61,215 nucleotides of DNA, filler included, from 9 parts of 9 records of this genome joined end to end with filler, not necessarily neighbours in it, one strand, 5' to 3'; numbered from the whole stretch's first letter, positions 30,601 to 41,977 are shown. Numbers and translations: made by a program. Notes: a model not told the origin generated them from the letters alone.

Positions 30601-31365
30601 CGTAAAACGTATTATTCAAGGTTCCCTAGTGACTTAAAAGCCAAATGGCTAACGATAGGTGATGGTGTGTATGGCAATGATGCACGATATATTATTGAGA
30701 AGGGGTGCTATGCGCTACCGACAGACATCTCTGACATATTATTAAAAGAAGCGGTGAGTAGAGGCTATATCTCAGAATATAAAAAAGAAAATGCTGAATC
30801 ATTATCTTTTGATGATTCGGAATTCGATTTTATTTTTTGCAAGGAGTCGTATCACCATTTTCCGAGGCCAACTATAGCCCTCTATGAAATGTTAAGAGTG
30901 GCAAAGAAAGCAGTGATATTGATCGAGCCCAATGATCATTACATTACCAGTAATATTGCACATCATTTATTTAGAAATATTAAGAATTCTGTTAAATTCT
31001 TTTTAAGAAAAAATATAAATTATCATGCTTTTGAAACATCAGGAAATTACATGTATTCCATTTCAAGAAGGGAGATTGAGAAATTATCCTTGGGTCTTAA
31101 TTGTGCCACAGTAGCGTTTAAAGGAATTAATGATTTCTATTTAAAAGGTGTTGAATCTGAAAAATACTCAGATCACGGACCACTGAAAAGAAAAACTAAA
31201 AAAACCATCTGGATGTTAGATCTATTATGCAAGATTGGTATTACAGATTTTCGACTAATAACAGCAATAGTTTTAAAAATTACACCTTCGAAAAATCTTG
31301 TTTCACGGCTCAAACAACATGGTTACAAAATAATCGATCTTCCATCAAATCCTTATATTTGTTGA
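30601..31365 (+). CDS. Class I SAM-dependent methyltransferase, 5' truncated
   Basis: Open from the contig start; WLTIGDG.YG, ENAESLSFDDSEFDFIFCKESYHHF, EMLRVA. Confidence 0.85.
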   Translation, partial: RKTYYSRFPSDLKAKWLTIGDGVYGNDARYIIEKGCYALPTDISDILLKEAVSRGYISEYKKENAESLSFDDSEFDFIFCKESYHHFPRPTIALYEMLRVAKKAVILIEPNDHYITSNIAHHLFRNIKNSVKFFLRKNINYHAFETSGNYMYSISRREIEKLSLGLNCATVAFKGINDFYLKGVESEKYSDHGPLKRKTKKTIWMLDLLCKIGITDFRLITAIVLKITPSKNLVSRLKQHGYKIIDLPSNPYIC

Positions 31366-31455
31366 ACCAAGAAATTATAAGCAATCAATTTCTTCGTATT
31401 CTGGATAAATCACTTGAATCTATAATTGTCATTTGATGAGTTGGAATTGCTCCCT

Positions 31456-32226
31456 ATGGAGACTAAATTTTCAATAATTACAATCACTCTAAATTCTGAG
31501 AGATACCTTGAAGAAACCATTTTAAGCGTTATTTCCCAAAGTTACCGAAACATTGAATATATCATTATTGATGGTGGTTCCACCGATCGCACTTTAGATA
31601 TAGTCAGAAAGTATGAAACAAAAATTACCAATTGGACTTCAGAACCTGACGACGGCATCGCCGACGCGATGAATAAAGGGCTATCAATGGCCACCGGTGA
31701 CTACATTCTTTTTCTGCATTCCGATGACTACCTATTGGATTCCCGGGTACTTCAAAATGCTGCAAAACATCTACAGCCTTCTTATGATGTAATCATGTTT
31801 AGTATATTTTTGAAAGATACCGGCAGAAAAATATTTCATAAACCAAGGGGCTTTACCTGGTGGATAAACTTTAAGACAGGAATCTTTCACCAGAGTGTTT
31901 TCTGTTCAAGAGAGTTATTCGGTAAAATTGGTACATTTGACAACCAATTCAAGATAACTATGGATTATGATTTTTTTTTAAGGGCTTATAAAGCACGAGT
32001 GTCGGTGAAAAGAATCGATATGCCTCTTTCTGTCATGAGGTTAGTGGGCATAAGTTCTAGAAACGACTGGCCCAGTTTAAAGGAGAGGTTTTCAGAGGAA
32101 CGTCGGGTACATTATAAAAATTGCACTAACTCCAGCATGAAGTTAATCTACTACATTTACTGGATGTTGTATCCTTTATACAGGAGATCATTAAATTATT
32201 TATCCCTTAGTAGGGATAATAAATGA
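31456..32226 (+). CDS. Glycosyltransferase family 2
   Basis: FSIITITLN, IIIDGGSTD, GIADAMNKG, FLHSDD. Confidence 0.93.
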   Translation: METKFSIITITLNSERYLEETILSVISQSYRNIEYIIIDGGSTDRTLDIVRKYETKITNWTSEPDDGIADAMNKGLSMATGDYILFLHSDDYLLDSRVLQNAAKHLQPSYDVIMFSIFLKDTGRKIFHKPRGFTWWINFKTGIFHQSVFCSRELFGKIGTFDNQFKITMDYDFFLRAYKARVSVKRIDMPLSVMRLVGISSRNDWPSLKERFSEERRVHYKNCTNSSMKLIYYIYWMLYPLYRRSLNYLSLSRDNK

Positions 32227-33314
32227 TGTTCCAATTCTTTGGCTAAATTTTCCCACGTTGGTATTGGATCTTTCGGTACTATTTTATTCCTGAGTTGATA
32301 AGTAATTGCATGTATTATGGAATCATGCTCATTCGGAACATACAAGCATTTCGGATTTACCCGCATCATTTCTCCCATTACTCCCACATCTGCCGCAACA
32401 ACCGGTAAACGACATGCCCACATTTCATATGCTTTCTGTGGAAAACAGAAGCGTCCGAACGAACTATCTCTATTGCATATTACCCCAACATCAAGCGAAT
32501 TAAACAATGTTGGTATAATTTCATAATCTAAATGACCAAGGTAATGTATCCTCTCACCTTCTGGAAGCTTAATAGAACCACTGATTGGCCCAGCAAGTAC
32601 AAGATGTATTCTAGGATCGACATTTATTAGCTCTATAACGCTCTTAAATAGGAGATCTATCCCTCTATTTGCAGCGAGTGCTCCAGCAGTGCCTATCAAG
32701 GTGGCTTCCGCAGGTAACCCCAACCGACTCCTGCAATCATACTTGTCCATTGGTTTAAAGTGACCTGAGGGAACACCATTGGTGAGAGTTTTTACTTCAC
32801 CTTTTGGTTCATAATTTTCCTTAACATGTTCCGTAAGGAGATCACTGACACAGGTAACTACGTCTGCTGAAGCCACTGCCTTTTTAAATGAGGAAAAAAG
32901 ACCAGGAATTCTGGTTAAACCAAATGATTCAAAATTGTCATACAAATCGGCGACATAAGTGATCTTATGCCTGATCGCAAGTTTGGCCCCAACAGATACA
33001 TGTATAGCATCCGAGAAGGCGATAATTACCTCAGGTTGAAAAGTGATACATATCTGGTCCAACTTTTTAAAATACTTTAACATCCCGGGAACTACTACTT
33101 TCCCAATATTGACAGAATGCCAATTTACCCTGCTGCCCTCTAACTCTGGCCCGAGCAAGTGCCCCTGGTTTCTTGTCCGGTAACTGAGACAAACCCCGGT
33201 CACTTGATGGCCTAATCCAGCCAGATGTTCCGGTAGGTGGTAGAAGCGCCCATATTTATCATCAATGAGATCCTTACCCATGTATTGACGTTTTGATAAG
33301 ACAAGGATTCTCAT
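32196..33314 (-). CDS. Glycosyltransferase family 4
   Basis: GT-B features: GHQV, NGV, FPQKAYEMWACRLPVVAADVG. Confidence 0.88.
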   Translation of the reverse strand: MRILVLSKRQYMGKDLIDDKYGRFYHLPEHLAGLGHQVTGVCLSYRTRNQGHLLGPELEGSRVNWHSVNIGKVVVPGMLKYFKKLDQICITFQPEVIIAFSDAIHVSVGAKLAIRHKITYVADLYDNFESFGLTRIPGLFSSFKKAVASADVVTCVSDLLTEHVKENYEPKGEVKTLTNGVPSGHFKPMDKYDCRSRLGLPAEATLIGTAGALAANRGIDLLFKSVIELINVDPRIHLVLAGPISGSIKLPEGERIHYLGHLDYEIIPTLFNSLDVGVICNRDSSFGRFCFPQKAYEMWACRLPVVAADVGVMGEMMRVNPKCLYVPNEHDSIIHAITYQLRNKIVPKDPIPTWENLAKELEHHLLSLLRDK

Positions 33315-33362
33315 AATTGTTCTTTCTAAAGGTGAAAATACATTATCAATACAATGGCTATT

Positions 33363-34106
33363 CTATTCTTGTGCCCATTCATTTTTTGAAATTTTATAAA
33401 TGAGCGTGGGATTGACAGCTGAAAGCCGGTCCAACACCCAAACCGGTAATTGCCCTATGGTCTTTGCCATACGTCCATGGTTCTGTTCAATTTCTAGAGT
33501 TATCTTCAATGCCCTGGTACATATATTGGAAAACTTGAAACCCGCGTTCAGAAGGAGCATCTCGATACCACCCCGGGTAAAGGGCAGACAATCATAGTAG
33601 TCTTCATTACGAAACAACCGTACATACGGATCCCTCATAAATTTTGGCAACCAGCTGAGAAAAATCAGTCTATAATGCGGTTCGACCAACATCCAACGGT
33701 TAGGTACGGCAAGGTAGCACTCTCCATCTGACCTCAGTACCCGCTTAATTTCCAGTAAATGATGAAATTGAGCATTTTGATTCCCAACATGTTCGATTAC
33801 GTGATTGGTGAGTACCACATCAAAACAGTCATTTTCATAGGGGAGATGTGTATCTTCCACAAGAGAGAAAACAAAGCCTTCTTCGATCTGGCGCTGATCG
33901 ATCACATCGACAGCGAACACTTCACAGTCCAATGTGGGGTGAGATGCAAAATAGTGCGCAATCCCGCCTGACCCCGTACCAATTTCCAACAGCTTTATCG
34001 GTTGGACTCTGTTCGATAAATCCAGCAGTTTCTCAATCTTGAGCCCCTTCAGGCGCCGCGATGGGAGATCCAACACTGCATGCGGTTGTCTTGCGGATTT
34101 TTGCAC
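33363..34106 (-). CDS. Class I SAM-dependent methyltransferase
   Basis: LLEIGTGSG, LPYENDCFDVVLTNHVIEHV, YLAVPNRW..EPHY. Confidence 0.88.
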   Translation of the reverse strand: MQKSARQPHAVLDLPSRRLKGLKIEKLLDLSNRVQPIKLLEIGTGSGGIAHYFASHPTLDCEVFAVDVIDQRQIEEGFVFSLVEDTHLPYENDCFDVVLTNHVIEHVGNQNAQFHHLLEIKRVLRSDGECYLAVPNRWMLVEPHYRLIFLSWLPKFMRDPYVRLFRNEDYYDCLPFTRGGIEMLLLNAGFKFSNICTRALKITLEIEQNHGRMAKTIGQLPVWVLDRLSAVNPTLIYKISKNEWAQE

Positions 34107-34110
34107 TGCT

Positions 34111-35260
34111 TCAATGCCCCTTACGCAAAGCTCGACAAATACTGAGTAACTTGACTCCGAACTTCCGCCATTCATACTTTTCAGCAAAACCTCTGCATTG
34201 ATTTGCCCCGGTGTCCTGTTGGGAGGATTGCAACAGTTCAATCACTTTCCCGCTAAAAGTCTTCGTATCTCCAGGCTTCACTAGCCCGCCACAACCTTCC
34301 TCGGCAACGGCATCTGTCACTCCCCCAACGGCAAATGCAACCACAGGTGTCCCATGTGCAGCGGCTTCAACCGCAACCATACCAAACCCTTCAATATCGG
34401 TTTGGCTCGGTTGCAGGGGAAAAATTAAAACATCGGCGGCAAAGTACGCACTACTCAGCTCGGAATCGGAGCAACGACCTGTAAATACGACATTTCCGTC
34501 GAGCCCACGGGCTCTTATTATCCCGTTTAGCTTTTGTTTTTCGCTGCCGGATTTCACCAAGGCATCAGAAGCATCATCTCCTACAATTACAAGCTGTGCA
34601 CCAGGTATGTGTGCAAGAATATCAGGCAATATATTCTCAAGGAATCCGGCAATTCCTTTCCGTTCGACAATCCGCCCCACATGCAGCATGATGGGTGCTG
34701 ACTGCAAACCATAGTTTGTACGAAAAGTCGCTGCTCTTCGAGACAATCAACCATTTCCGGAAGCTCTACCCCAGGGTTGAGAATTTCGATTTTTGCGGAC
34801 TCTACCAACTGTTCTTCTGCAAGATTTTTTGTGTAACCACTGTTGACTATGATGCGATCCATTCTCCTGATAAACGGAAGCCACACAATTTGATACAGAC
34901 GATGGTTAACCTTGATATCAAGCCCATGCAGATACGCCACACAAGGTCGCAGACTCACCCTGGCTGCAAGCCAGGCCATTGGAGCAGTAAGGCCACTACC
35001 GGCGAAAACGAAAACAGGGTGATAGCGAATTGAAAGATAGACAGAATAGATTAGTGACAGGACTAAGAATATGGGAAGAGGCTTCACGCTGATCTCACGT
35101 GCTTGCACTCCTTCAGGCAGCATCTGAGCACATCCTGATGGGCCAACGACAATTACATCATATTCCTTGCACAGTTCATCAATTACATGCCAGAGAAGCC
35201 GTTCCATTCCACCTGTGAGGGGGGCAGGTTTCTTGTTACAACAAGAGCAAGTGGCTTCAT
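34111..35260 (-). CDS. Glycosyltransferase family 4 (two apparent frameshifts)
   Basis: MKPLALVVTRNLPP/LTGGMERL start, HGLD, VGRIVERKG, EGFGMVAVEAAAHGTPVV across frames. Confidence 0.85.
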
Positions 35261-35284
35261 TGGTGGTGTTTCTGCTTTCCTGCG

Positions 35285-36153
35285 TTATTTTGTTCGATCG
35301 TATTTCAACTGCGTTACCTGCTCTGAAACAAGGCCAATTAAGAATATGATAACCGCACTGTTCAGTAGTAGAGCCGACATATTCGTAAAGCGACCCTGCG
35401 TTAGATAAGTGAATCCATAATAACACATTCCTAAGAGGGAAAAGACAAGACTTACCGGCATAAAAATACGCATCGGCGCAAAGAGCGTCGCGATCTTGGT
35501 TATAATCAGCAGAAACCTGGTACCATCTCTGAGCAGTTTGATTTTGCTCTTTCCTACCCGAGCCAGAGCCTGGATGGGCACGTATTTAATGCTTCTCCCG
35601 CTGCGCAGGTACGCCATCGTGATAGTGGTAGGATAAGAAAACGTGTTAGGAAGGAGGTAGAGATACTGTTCTACAGTATCCTTCTTCATCAGTCGAAAAC
35701 CGGAAGTACAGTCAGCGATCTTGTGTTTGGTTATATAGCTCGCAAAGACATTGTAGATGGAGTTCGCAATTTTACGCTGCACACTGGCCTGGGAGTTACC
35801 ATCTCTGGCCCCGACCACCATATCGTACGCATCGGCAAACTCAAGCAGCCGGCCAATATCCTCCGGTTGATGCTGCCCATCGGCATCCATCAGGATGACA
35901 TACTCCCTCTCGCCGCCCGCAGCCCACTCTTCACCGCAGCCCCATTGCCCATATTATACGGATGCGGCCACACATTAGCGCCGGCATCCATCGCCACCTG
36001 CATCGTGTTGTCGGTGGAGCCGTCATCGACAATGAGCACCTCGAAGTCGGGATGGAGCTTCTTGATGGCCTTCACCGTTTCTCCGACAACCTGGTCTTCA
36101 TTGTAGGCTGGAAGGATTACGGTTACCTTGGGTTTGGAGATCGGATCACTCAT
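35285..36153 (-). CDS. Glycosyltransferase family 2, DPM1-like (one frameshift near 35900)
   Basis: ILPAYNE, IVDDGSTD, GNGAAVKSG then MDADGQH, TSGFR, two C-terminal TMs. Confidence 0.88.
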
Positions 36154-36263
36154 GGTTGTCCTTTATCTGTTTTATCGTCCGATGAAGCATTGGCAGATCT
36201 TCTTTAACAACGGGCCGATACAAGAATATCATCGATATACAAAAGCGGCGATCTACTGGACAT
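36146..36263 (-). pseudogene. HepT/DUF86 (HEPN) toxin remnant with internal deletion
   Basis: MSSRSPLLYIDDILVSA (typical HepT N-terminus) abuts, out of frame, VVKEDLPMLHRTIKQI (typical C-terminus). The start overlaps the MNT stop. Confidence 0.7.
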
Positions 36264-36548
36264 AGACGATTTCCTTTGCTATGGCTTCACGCACGATCGG
36301 TTTCACCGCACTCTCAATACCGAGGTCGACAGGCTTACCTAACCTCTTTTCAAGGTACCGTCTCAACGAAAGAAAATTATGTAACTTCTTTTTTCCGTTA
36401 CAAGTTCTACGACAATATCGATATCGCTCGTTGCAGTTTGTTCTCCCCGCACAATACTGCCGAACAGGCCGATTTTACGGACGCCGTAAGTCTCGGTTAG
36501 ATCATCCCTGCTATCCTGGATAATCTGAATAGCCTGTTCTTTATTCAC
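36253..36548 (-). CDS. Minimal nucleotidyltransferase (MntA-like antitoxin), one frameshift in an A-run
   Basis: YGVRKIGLFGSIVRGEQTATSDIDIVVE (GSx10DxD), continuing LEKRLGKPVDL...KEIVYVQ. Confidence 0.85.
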
Positions 36549-36567
36549 TAGATAACTCCATTTTTCC

Positions 36568-37919
36568 TTACATCCGATCCGCGTTACTCACCAGCTCGCA
36601 CAGCTCGTCCGCCATCTCGTTAATCAAATCCTCGTCCTGACCCTCAACCATCACCCGGATCACCGGCTCGGTTCCTGACGGGCGCACCAGGATGCGGCCG
36701 GTGCCATCCAGTTTCTCCTCCAGCTTTCGCTGGGTTGCGGCAAAATGCGGGATCTCCGGGATGGAGAGCCTCGTGCTCGTCCGCACGTTCTTGAGCACCT
36801 GCGGGAAACTCTCCATGATCATCGCAAGCTCGGAGAGTGGCCGGTCCTGCTTCCGCATCACCGCCAGAAGCTGCAGGCCGGCGAGGATGCCGTCGCCGGT
36901 GGTGATGTGGTCGAGGAAGACGAGATGCCCCGACTGTTCACCGCCGAACGAGTACCCGTTTGTGCGCATGGACTCGACCACGTAGCGATCCCCCACCGCG
37001 GAGCGGACGAGCTTCCCGCCCATCGACTCCATCGCGATCTCGAGACCCAGGTTGGACATCACAGTCGCGACCAGGGTCTTCTTTTTCAGCTTGCGGCGCT
37101 TCATCAGCTCGTTCGCGCAGACCGCCATGATGTGGTCGCCGTCCACAATCTGGCCCTTCTCGTCGCTGACGATGAGGCGGTCACCGTCGCCGTCGAACGC
37201 GAGGCCGATGTCCGCACCTTCCTTTCTTACTGTCTCCGCCATAACCTCCGGATGCAGGGCGCCGCATTTACGGTTTATGTTGGTGCCGTCCGGGTCTACC
37301 GACAGCGAGGTCACCTTCGCGCCGAGCTCTTCGAAGACGTGCGGGGCGACCCCGTAGGTGGCGCCGTTGGCGCAGTCGAGCACAACGTGGAAGCCGTCCA
37401 GCGTGTATTCCTTCGGGAACGTGTTTTTCAAGAAGACGATGTAGCGGCCCTTCGCATCGTCGATGCGTTTGGCCTTGCCGACTTCCTCTGCGGTCGGCCG
37501 GAGTGCTTCCATCTTCTGCGAGAAGATGAGGTCCTCGATCTCCGCCTCAACCTCATCCGGCAGCTTGAACCCGTCGCCTGCGAAAATTTTGATGCCGTTA
37601 TCCTGAAACGGGTTGTGGGACGCGGAGATGACCACGCCCGCGTCGGCGCGCATGGACGTGGTGATGAAGGAGATGCCCGGTGTCGGCATCGGGCCGACCA
37701 GCATGACATCCGCGCCCATCGAGCAGATACCTGCTACCAGCGCGTTTTCCAGCATATAGCAGGACAACCGGGTGTCCTTGCCGATCACGATACCGCGTCC
37801 GCGGGTACGGTGTCTGACGATAAAGGCAATCGCCCTGCCCACCTGCATCGCGATCTCACTGGTCATCGGGTGGGTGTTGGCCTCCCCCGGATGCCGTCCG
37901 TACCGAATAATTTTCTCAT
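36568..37919 (-). CDS. glmM: Phosphoglucosamine mutase (frameshift near the 5' end)
   Basis: [12 protein letters not shown] start, [42 protein letters not shown]. Confidence 0.97.
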
Positions 37920-37927
37920 GTGACTGT

Positions 37928-38943
37928 CTACTCCGGCGGCTGGGTGTTCAGCCGCTCCTTATTATTGCCGGTATCGTTGCCAGGAGATGTCTCTGCCTGC
38001 GGGGAGGCGGGTTCTGCCACCGCATCCATATCCGTCGCCTGCGGAGCTTCCTGCTTCAGCCGGATAATCTCTGGCTGCACCTGGACGATCTCCACCGGCA
38101 GTTCGAGCTGATTGTTGGGAATCACCTTGACCAGGCCAATGTGGTTCTCCTCGTCCTCCACCACCAGCACGGAGAGATAGTTCTCGATGGTGAGCTTCTG
38201 GTCGAGCAGGTATTGCGGGACACTGGCGATCACCCGCACCGTGTCCGGCGTCCCCTCCACGCTGTTTTCAGGCGGTTTGAATGAGAGCCGGTACTCTTTC
38301 TGTACGACGTCGAGACCGACCGTGATATCGGCGGTAACCGTCGTCTGCCCGATCAACTCGACGATGGACGGTTCAAGGTCGAGCGGCACCTGGGTCTGGA
38401 TCGAGCTGTTCAGTCCGGCGATGTTGATGACCCGGGTCCGCAGCACCTCGAACTGGGAGAGCACCGTCTCCGGTCCGGTGATCGTGATCATCTCCGGGTC
38501 CATCTTCAGCCGCTTGAGGATATAGCCGACCATCGGCTCCCCTGTGGTAACAGGGTTGATCGGGAAACTGCGCTGGACCAGCTTGTCCAGCGACAGGATG
38601 ATGGACGCCGGCTGGATCCTGAGCACGTCGATGGTGCGCGGGAAATCGATCGAGTCGACATCGTTGGTGACCACCTTCGTGCCGGGCGTGGCCATGGACA
38701 GATCGATCTGGCGGGTGATCTGCTGGTTCTCCATTGCCATGATGACCGAGCGCGGCCCGTTCACCGTGACCTCGATCTCCTTCTTGAACTGGTTGGAGAT
38801 GACCAGCTCCCGCGGCAGGTTGATCACCTCCACCGGGATCATCACGTTGGTGTCCACCGTCTTCTCGCCGCCGACGTTGTACCAGAGGATCACCGCAAGG
38901 ACGAGCGAGATCAGGGTTGGCAGCCACTCCTTCGCAATCAGTC
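37928..38943 (-). CDS. CdaR/YbbR-like protein, 5' truncated
   Basis: N-terminal TM ([13 protein letters not shown]) and two YbbR-type repeats ([18 protein letters not shown]); directly upstream of glmM. Confidence 0.85.
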
Positions 38944-39043
38944 NNNNNNNNNNNNNNNNNNNNNNNNNNNNNNNNNNNNNNNNNNNNTTAATTAATTAAN
39001 NNNNNNNNNNNNNNNNNNNNNNNNNNNNNNNNNNNNNNNNNNN
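38944..39043. other. Artificial contig spacer
   Basis: N44-TTAATTAATTAA-N44. Confidence 0.99.
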
Positions 39044-39044
39044 T

Positions 39045-39070
39045 CCGGTGAATATCTGTCCAGGTACTTA
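39045..39070 (+). repeat. Second copy of the 26-bp contig-end repeat
   Basis: Identical to 13119-13144. Confidence 0.7.
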
Positions 39071-39169
39071 TCGATTTACCACAGCTGAACGCCCTCTCCA
39101 GTCATGAAGTGAGAAATGGGGTTCGGTTGGTTGAAAATGTTAACTTAACAATCGCCGACGCCGTAATAA

Positions 39170-39207
39170 AAATGGCGGTATACCCATCTTCAGGTGTACC
39201 GCCATTT
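39170..39207 (-). terminator. Intrinsic terminator
   Basis: AAATGGCGGTATACC...GGTGTACCGCCATTT stem with a T-run on the minus strand, downstream of the 39248 stop. Confidence 0.75.
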
Positions 39208-39247
39208 CACTCATTTTTGAATTTCTGCTGTAGAAGGCACTGCAGTA

Positions 39248-39541
39248 TTACATGCCAATCACTTTAAGCCCCTCTTCCAGTTCATAGTAGGTCTTGATTT
39301 CGTATCGGTACCCGGGAACGCCGATATAAACAGCCATGTTATCCCCAAGCACCTGAATGCCTTCGGCAAGGCGGGCATTATCCAGCTCATAATAAGTGAT
39401 GGAGTGAATCCCTTTTCTGGTGGAGCAGATGTACGGGCCTTTTTTAGTCAGAAAATCCGGAAGTACCGGAGCGGTCAGATAACGTCTGGCAATCTCTTTT
39501 GAACTTTCCGGAGGATAGGTTACGTCGGTCATCAATATCAT
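39248..39541 (-). CDS. Small hypothetical protein (97 aa)
   Basis: GAGAGG RBS before ATG 39541; followed by a terminator. Confidence 0.7.
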   Translation of the reverse strand: MILMTDVTYPPESSKEIARRYLTAPVLPDFLTKKGPYICSTRKGIHSITYYELDNARLAEGIQVLGDNMAVYIGVPGYRYEIKTYYELEEGLKVIGM

Positions 39542-39727
39542 ATGATCCTCTCTTTCCCATACCCGTTTATAACGGCATGGATTAATTGCGGCAATGCCGC
39601 TTGATTTAAGTCTCAACAAGCAATATCAGCGCTCTTCTCTTCACATGAATGATGATGGCGTGTCAATAGAAACATGACGCGTTTACCGTTCGGCTCGTCA
39701 TGACAAAATGGGTTGAACCAATGCCCA

Positions 39728-39988
39728 TCATCCAAACAGCCCATCAATATCCTTTTCAATTGTGTCTATCTTATCAAGTAAGGCTTGGACGCCTTCTTTT
39801 TTGGCAGCAAGCATTTCATTTCCCCACACCTGAAGCATGGAGGTGTCGATCCGACGGACACGATTATCTTTGGCCCACTCTCTTCCGATTTTTTCCCCCA
39901 ACCGAGCCAACCGATCAGAGAGCTCCTTCCTTTCGGGAGATGAAAACGGTTTCAATATCTCCTTGGTGCGAGCGTTCCATCCCTTCAC
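39728..39988 (-). CDS. Hypothetical protein (true start probably further upstream)
   Basis: Protein-like ORF (IGREWAKDNRVRRIDT..L..WG); the frame stays open upstream to about 40057. Confidence 0.6.
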   Translation of the reverse strand: MKGWNARTKEILKPFSSPERKELSDRLARLGEKIGREWAKDNRVRRIDTSMLQVWGNEMLAAKKEGVQALLDKIDTIEKDIDGLFG

Positions 39989-40109
39989 TACAAAGGTCCC
40001 CTCCTGAAATTTTTTATACCACTCTTCTTCTTTTCGAGTTGCTATTTGAGTCCTCCTTGGTTATCAGAATTCTGTCTTCAACGGGCCTGAAAAAATATTT
40101 TCCTAATAT

Positions 40110-41257
40110 TCAAGACTCCAGCTCCAGGGAAGAATTCTCGAATCGCGAAGGCCACGTTTCCTTGATTAACGGCATAAATTTATGATTCGCTCCGGGAAAC
40201 GGATAATTGGAAATCTCATTTAAAAAAATCCACCGAAAATCCACCGGCCCTTTCAAATTGATCTTTCCGGAGATCCAATCACAGAAAAAGACATCCATTT
40301 CAATTTTGAAGTGGGTATAGGCATGTTTGATACGGGTGAGGTAGGATGCCGTTTCGACAACCAGCCCCGTCTCTTCAAAAATTTCACGGACACAGGCTTC
40401 GGATGCCCTTTCATCCGACTTGACCTTGCCCCCGGAAACTCCCACAAGCCCCCCAAGAATCCTTCCGGCGCTCTCCGGGTAATCAGTAGTTTACCGTCAT
40501 TTCGTACCACACCAACGGAAATATGATGCGTCGGCACCGGCTTTTTTTTAATCCGTACCGGAAAATCACTGATCTGATTTTCCTGATACGCCCGGCAATT
40601 CGTCTGAAGAGGGCACTCTTGACATAACGGACTTTTGGGAGTACAGATTAATGCTCCCAGCTCCATGACCGCCTGATTGAACTTCGCCGGGTCCGCATCT
40701 CCCATCAACTCCGTGGCTTTGGATTTAAACGGTTTATGGGAGGCGGATTGATTCACCGGTGGTTCCATCAAATAAAGACGGGAAAGAACTCGCTTCACGT
40801 TCCCGTCCACCACGGCGTGGGAATGACCAAAGGCAATGCTCTGAACAGCGGATGCGATGTAATCACCCACCCCCGGCAATCCCTTGAAGGTTTCCCAATC
40901 CTCTGGAATGATGCCCTTATGACACGCCATCACCATTCCGGCAGCCCGATGAAAATTTCTCGCTCTGGCATAGTACCCAAGCCCTTCCCACAATTTCAAA
41001 ACCTCATCCAGATTCCCTTCAGCCAGATCTCGGATTGTTGGAAACCGCGTCATGAATCGCGCGTAATATGGAACAACAGTCTTGACCTGAGTCTGTTGGA
41101 GCATCACCTCGGATACCCAAATTCCATATGGATCCCGATTTTCCCGCCAAGGTAACGTCCGTTGATTGTCTTTGTACCATGCCAACAAAGCGACGGATAT
41201 TACCCTGTTCTCATCCTTTTTCTCTTCTTTTTTCATCATCTGTTCGTCAGATTCCAT
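40110..41257 (-). CDS. mutY: A/G-specific adenine glycosylase with C-terminal Nudix domain (frameshift near 40432)
   Basis: WVSEVMLQQTQV, WEGLGYYARARN, LPGVGDY, VDGNVKRVLSR, Fe-S motif C.PKSP.C..CPL...C. Confidence 0.95.
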
Positions 41258-41470
41258 CCCTTCTCTCTCAAAACCATCAAAACGGCCGACACTCTCCCAT
41301 AAACGATGCCCGCCGGATGAACCACGATTGCACAGCTCACCGATCAGCCCAACCTAAAAAATCACTCTAGCAAAAAATAACGCATCCGACCATCTAAAGA
41401 AAATCCAAATCCTTCCTATCGATCAAATCGAAAGAATCAATTTGCCATACTCCCCGATTCAGAGTAAGCA

Positions 41471-41977
41471 ATGCCCACTATGATCCCTCGATATTTGCAA
41501 TGGAAACCCATTTACACCGCGCTTCGGTTGGGACTTGGTTTTCTGTTCATCTACTCCGGATGCTCCAAGCTGATGGATTTAGGAGCATTTGCATCCGTGA
41601 TTGATGCATTCGGCATCATTCCATGGGAACTACGATCCATTGCGGCATTGACCATCTCCACCACGGAGGTGTTCGCGGGAGCGGCTCTCATTTTGGAAAT
41701 GAAGGGGGCATTGACTGTCATTTTAGTGATGCTTCTGGGCTTTATGCTGGTACTTTCATGGGGTCTTTACATGGGCTATGACATCGACTGCGGATGTTTT
41801 GGAGAAAACGATCCTGTAGGAGAGGCGTTTCACGGACTGAAAGCCTCACTGATACGTGATTGTGTCATGCTCGGCGTGGTGGTTTATCTTTATCTATGGA
41901 GATATCTCAACCAAATTCAACCGAAATCTCCGCTTCATTTTTTTTCAACCGTTTTCTCCCTCCCCAGGAGATCCTGA
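41471..41977 (+). CDS. MauE/DoxX-family redox-associated membrane protein
   Basis: RLGLGFLFIYSGCSKL, DIDCGCFG, LIRD motifs. Confidence 0.88.
   Translation: MPTMIPRYLQWKPIYTALRLGLGFLFIYSGCSKLMDLGAFASVIDAFGIIPWELRSIAALTISTTEVFAGAALILEMKGALTVILVMLLGFMLVLSWGLYMGYDIDCGCFGENDPVGEAFHGLKASLIRDCVMLGVVVYLYLWRYLNQIQPKSPLHFFSTVFSLPRRS

Noticed and set aside
36745-37923. Long antisense ORFs (392 aa opposite glmM; also 2478-3599, 1690-2298, 44313-44912)
   Set aside because: Shadow frames of GC-rich genes with no recognisable motifs.
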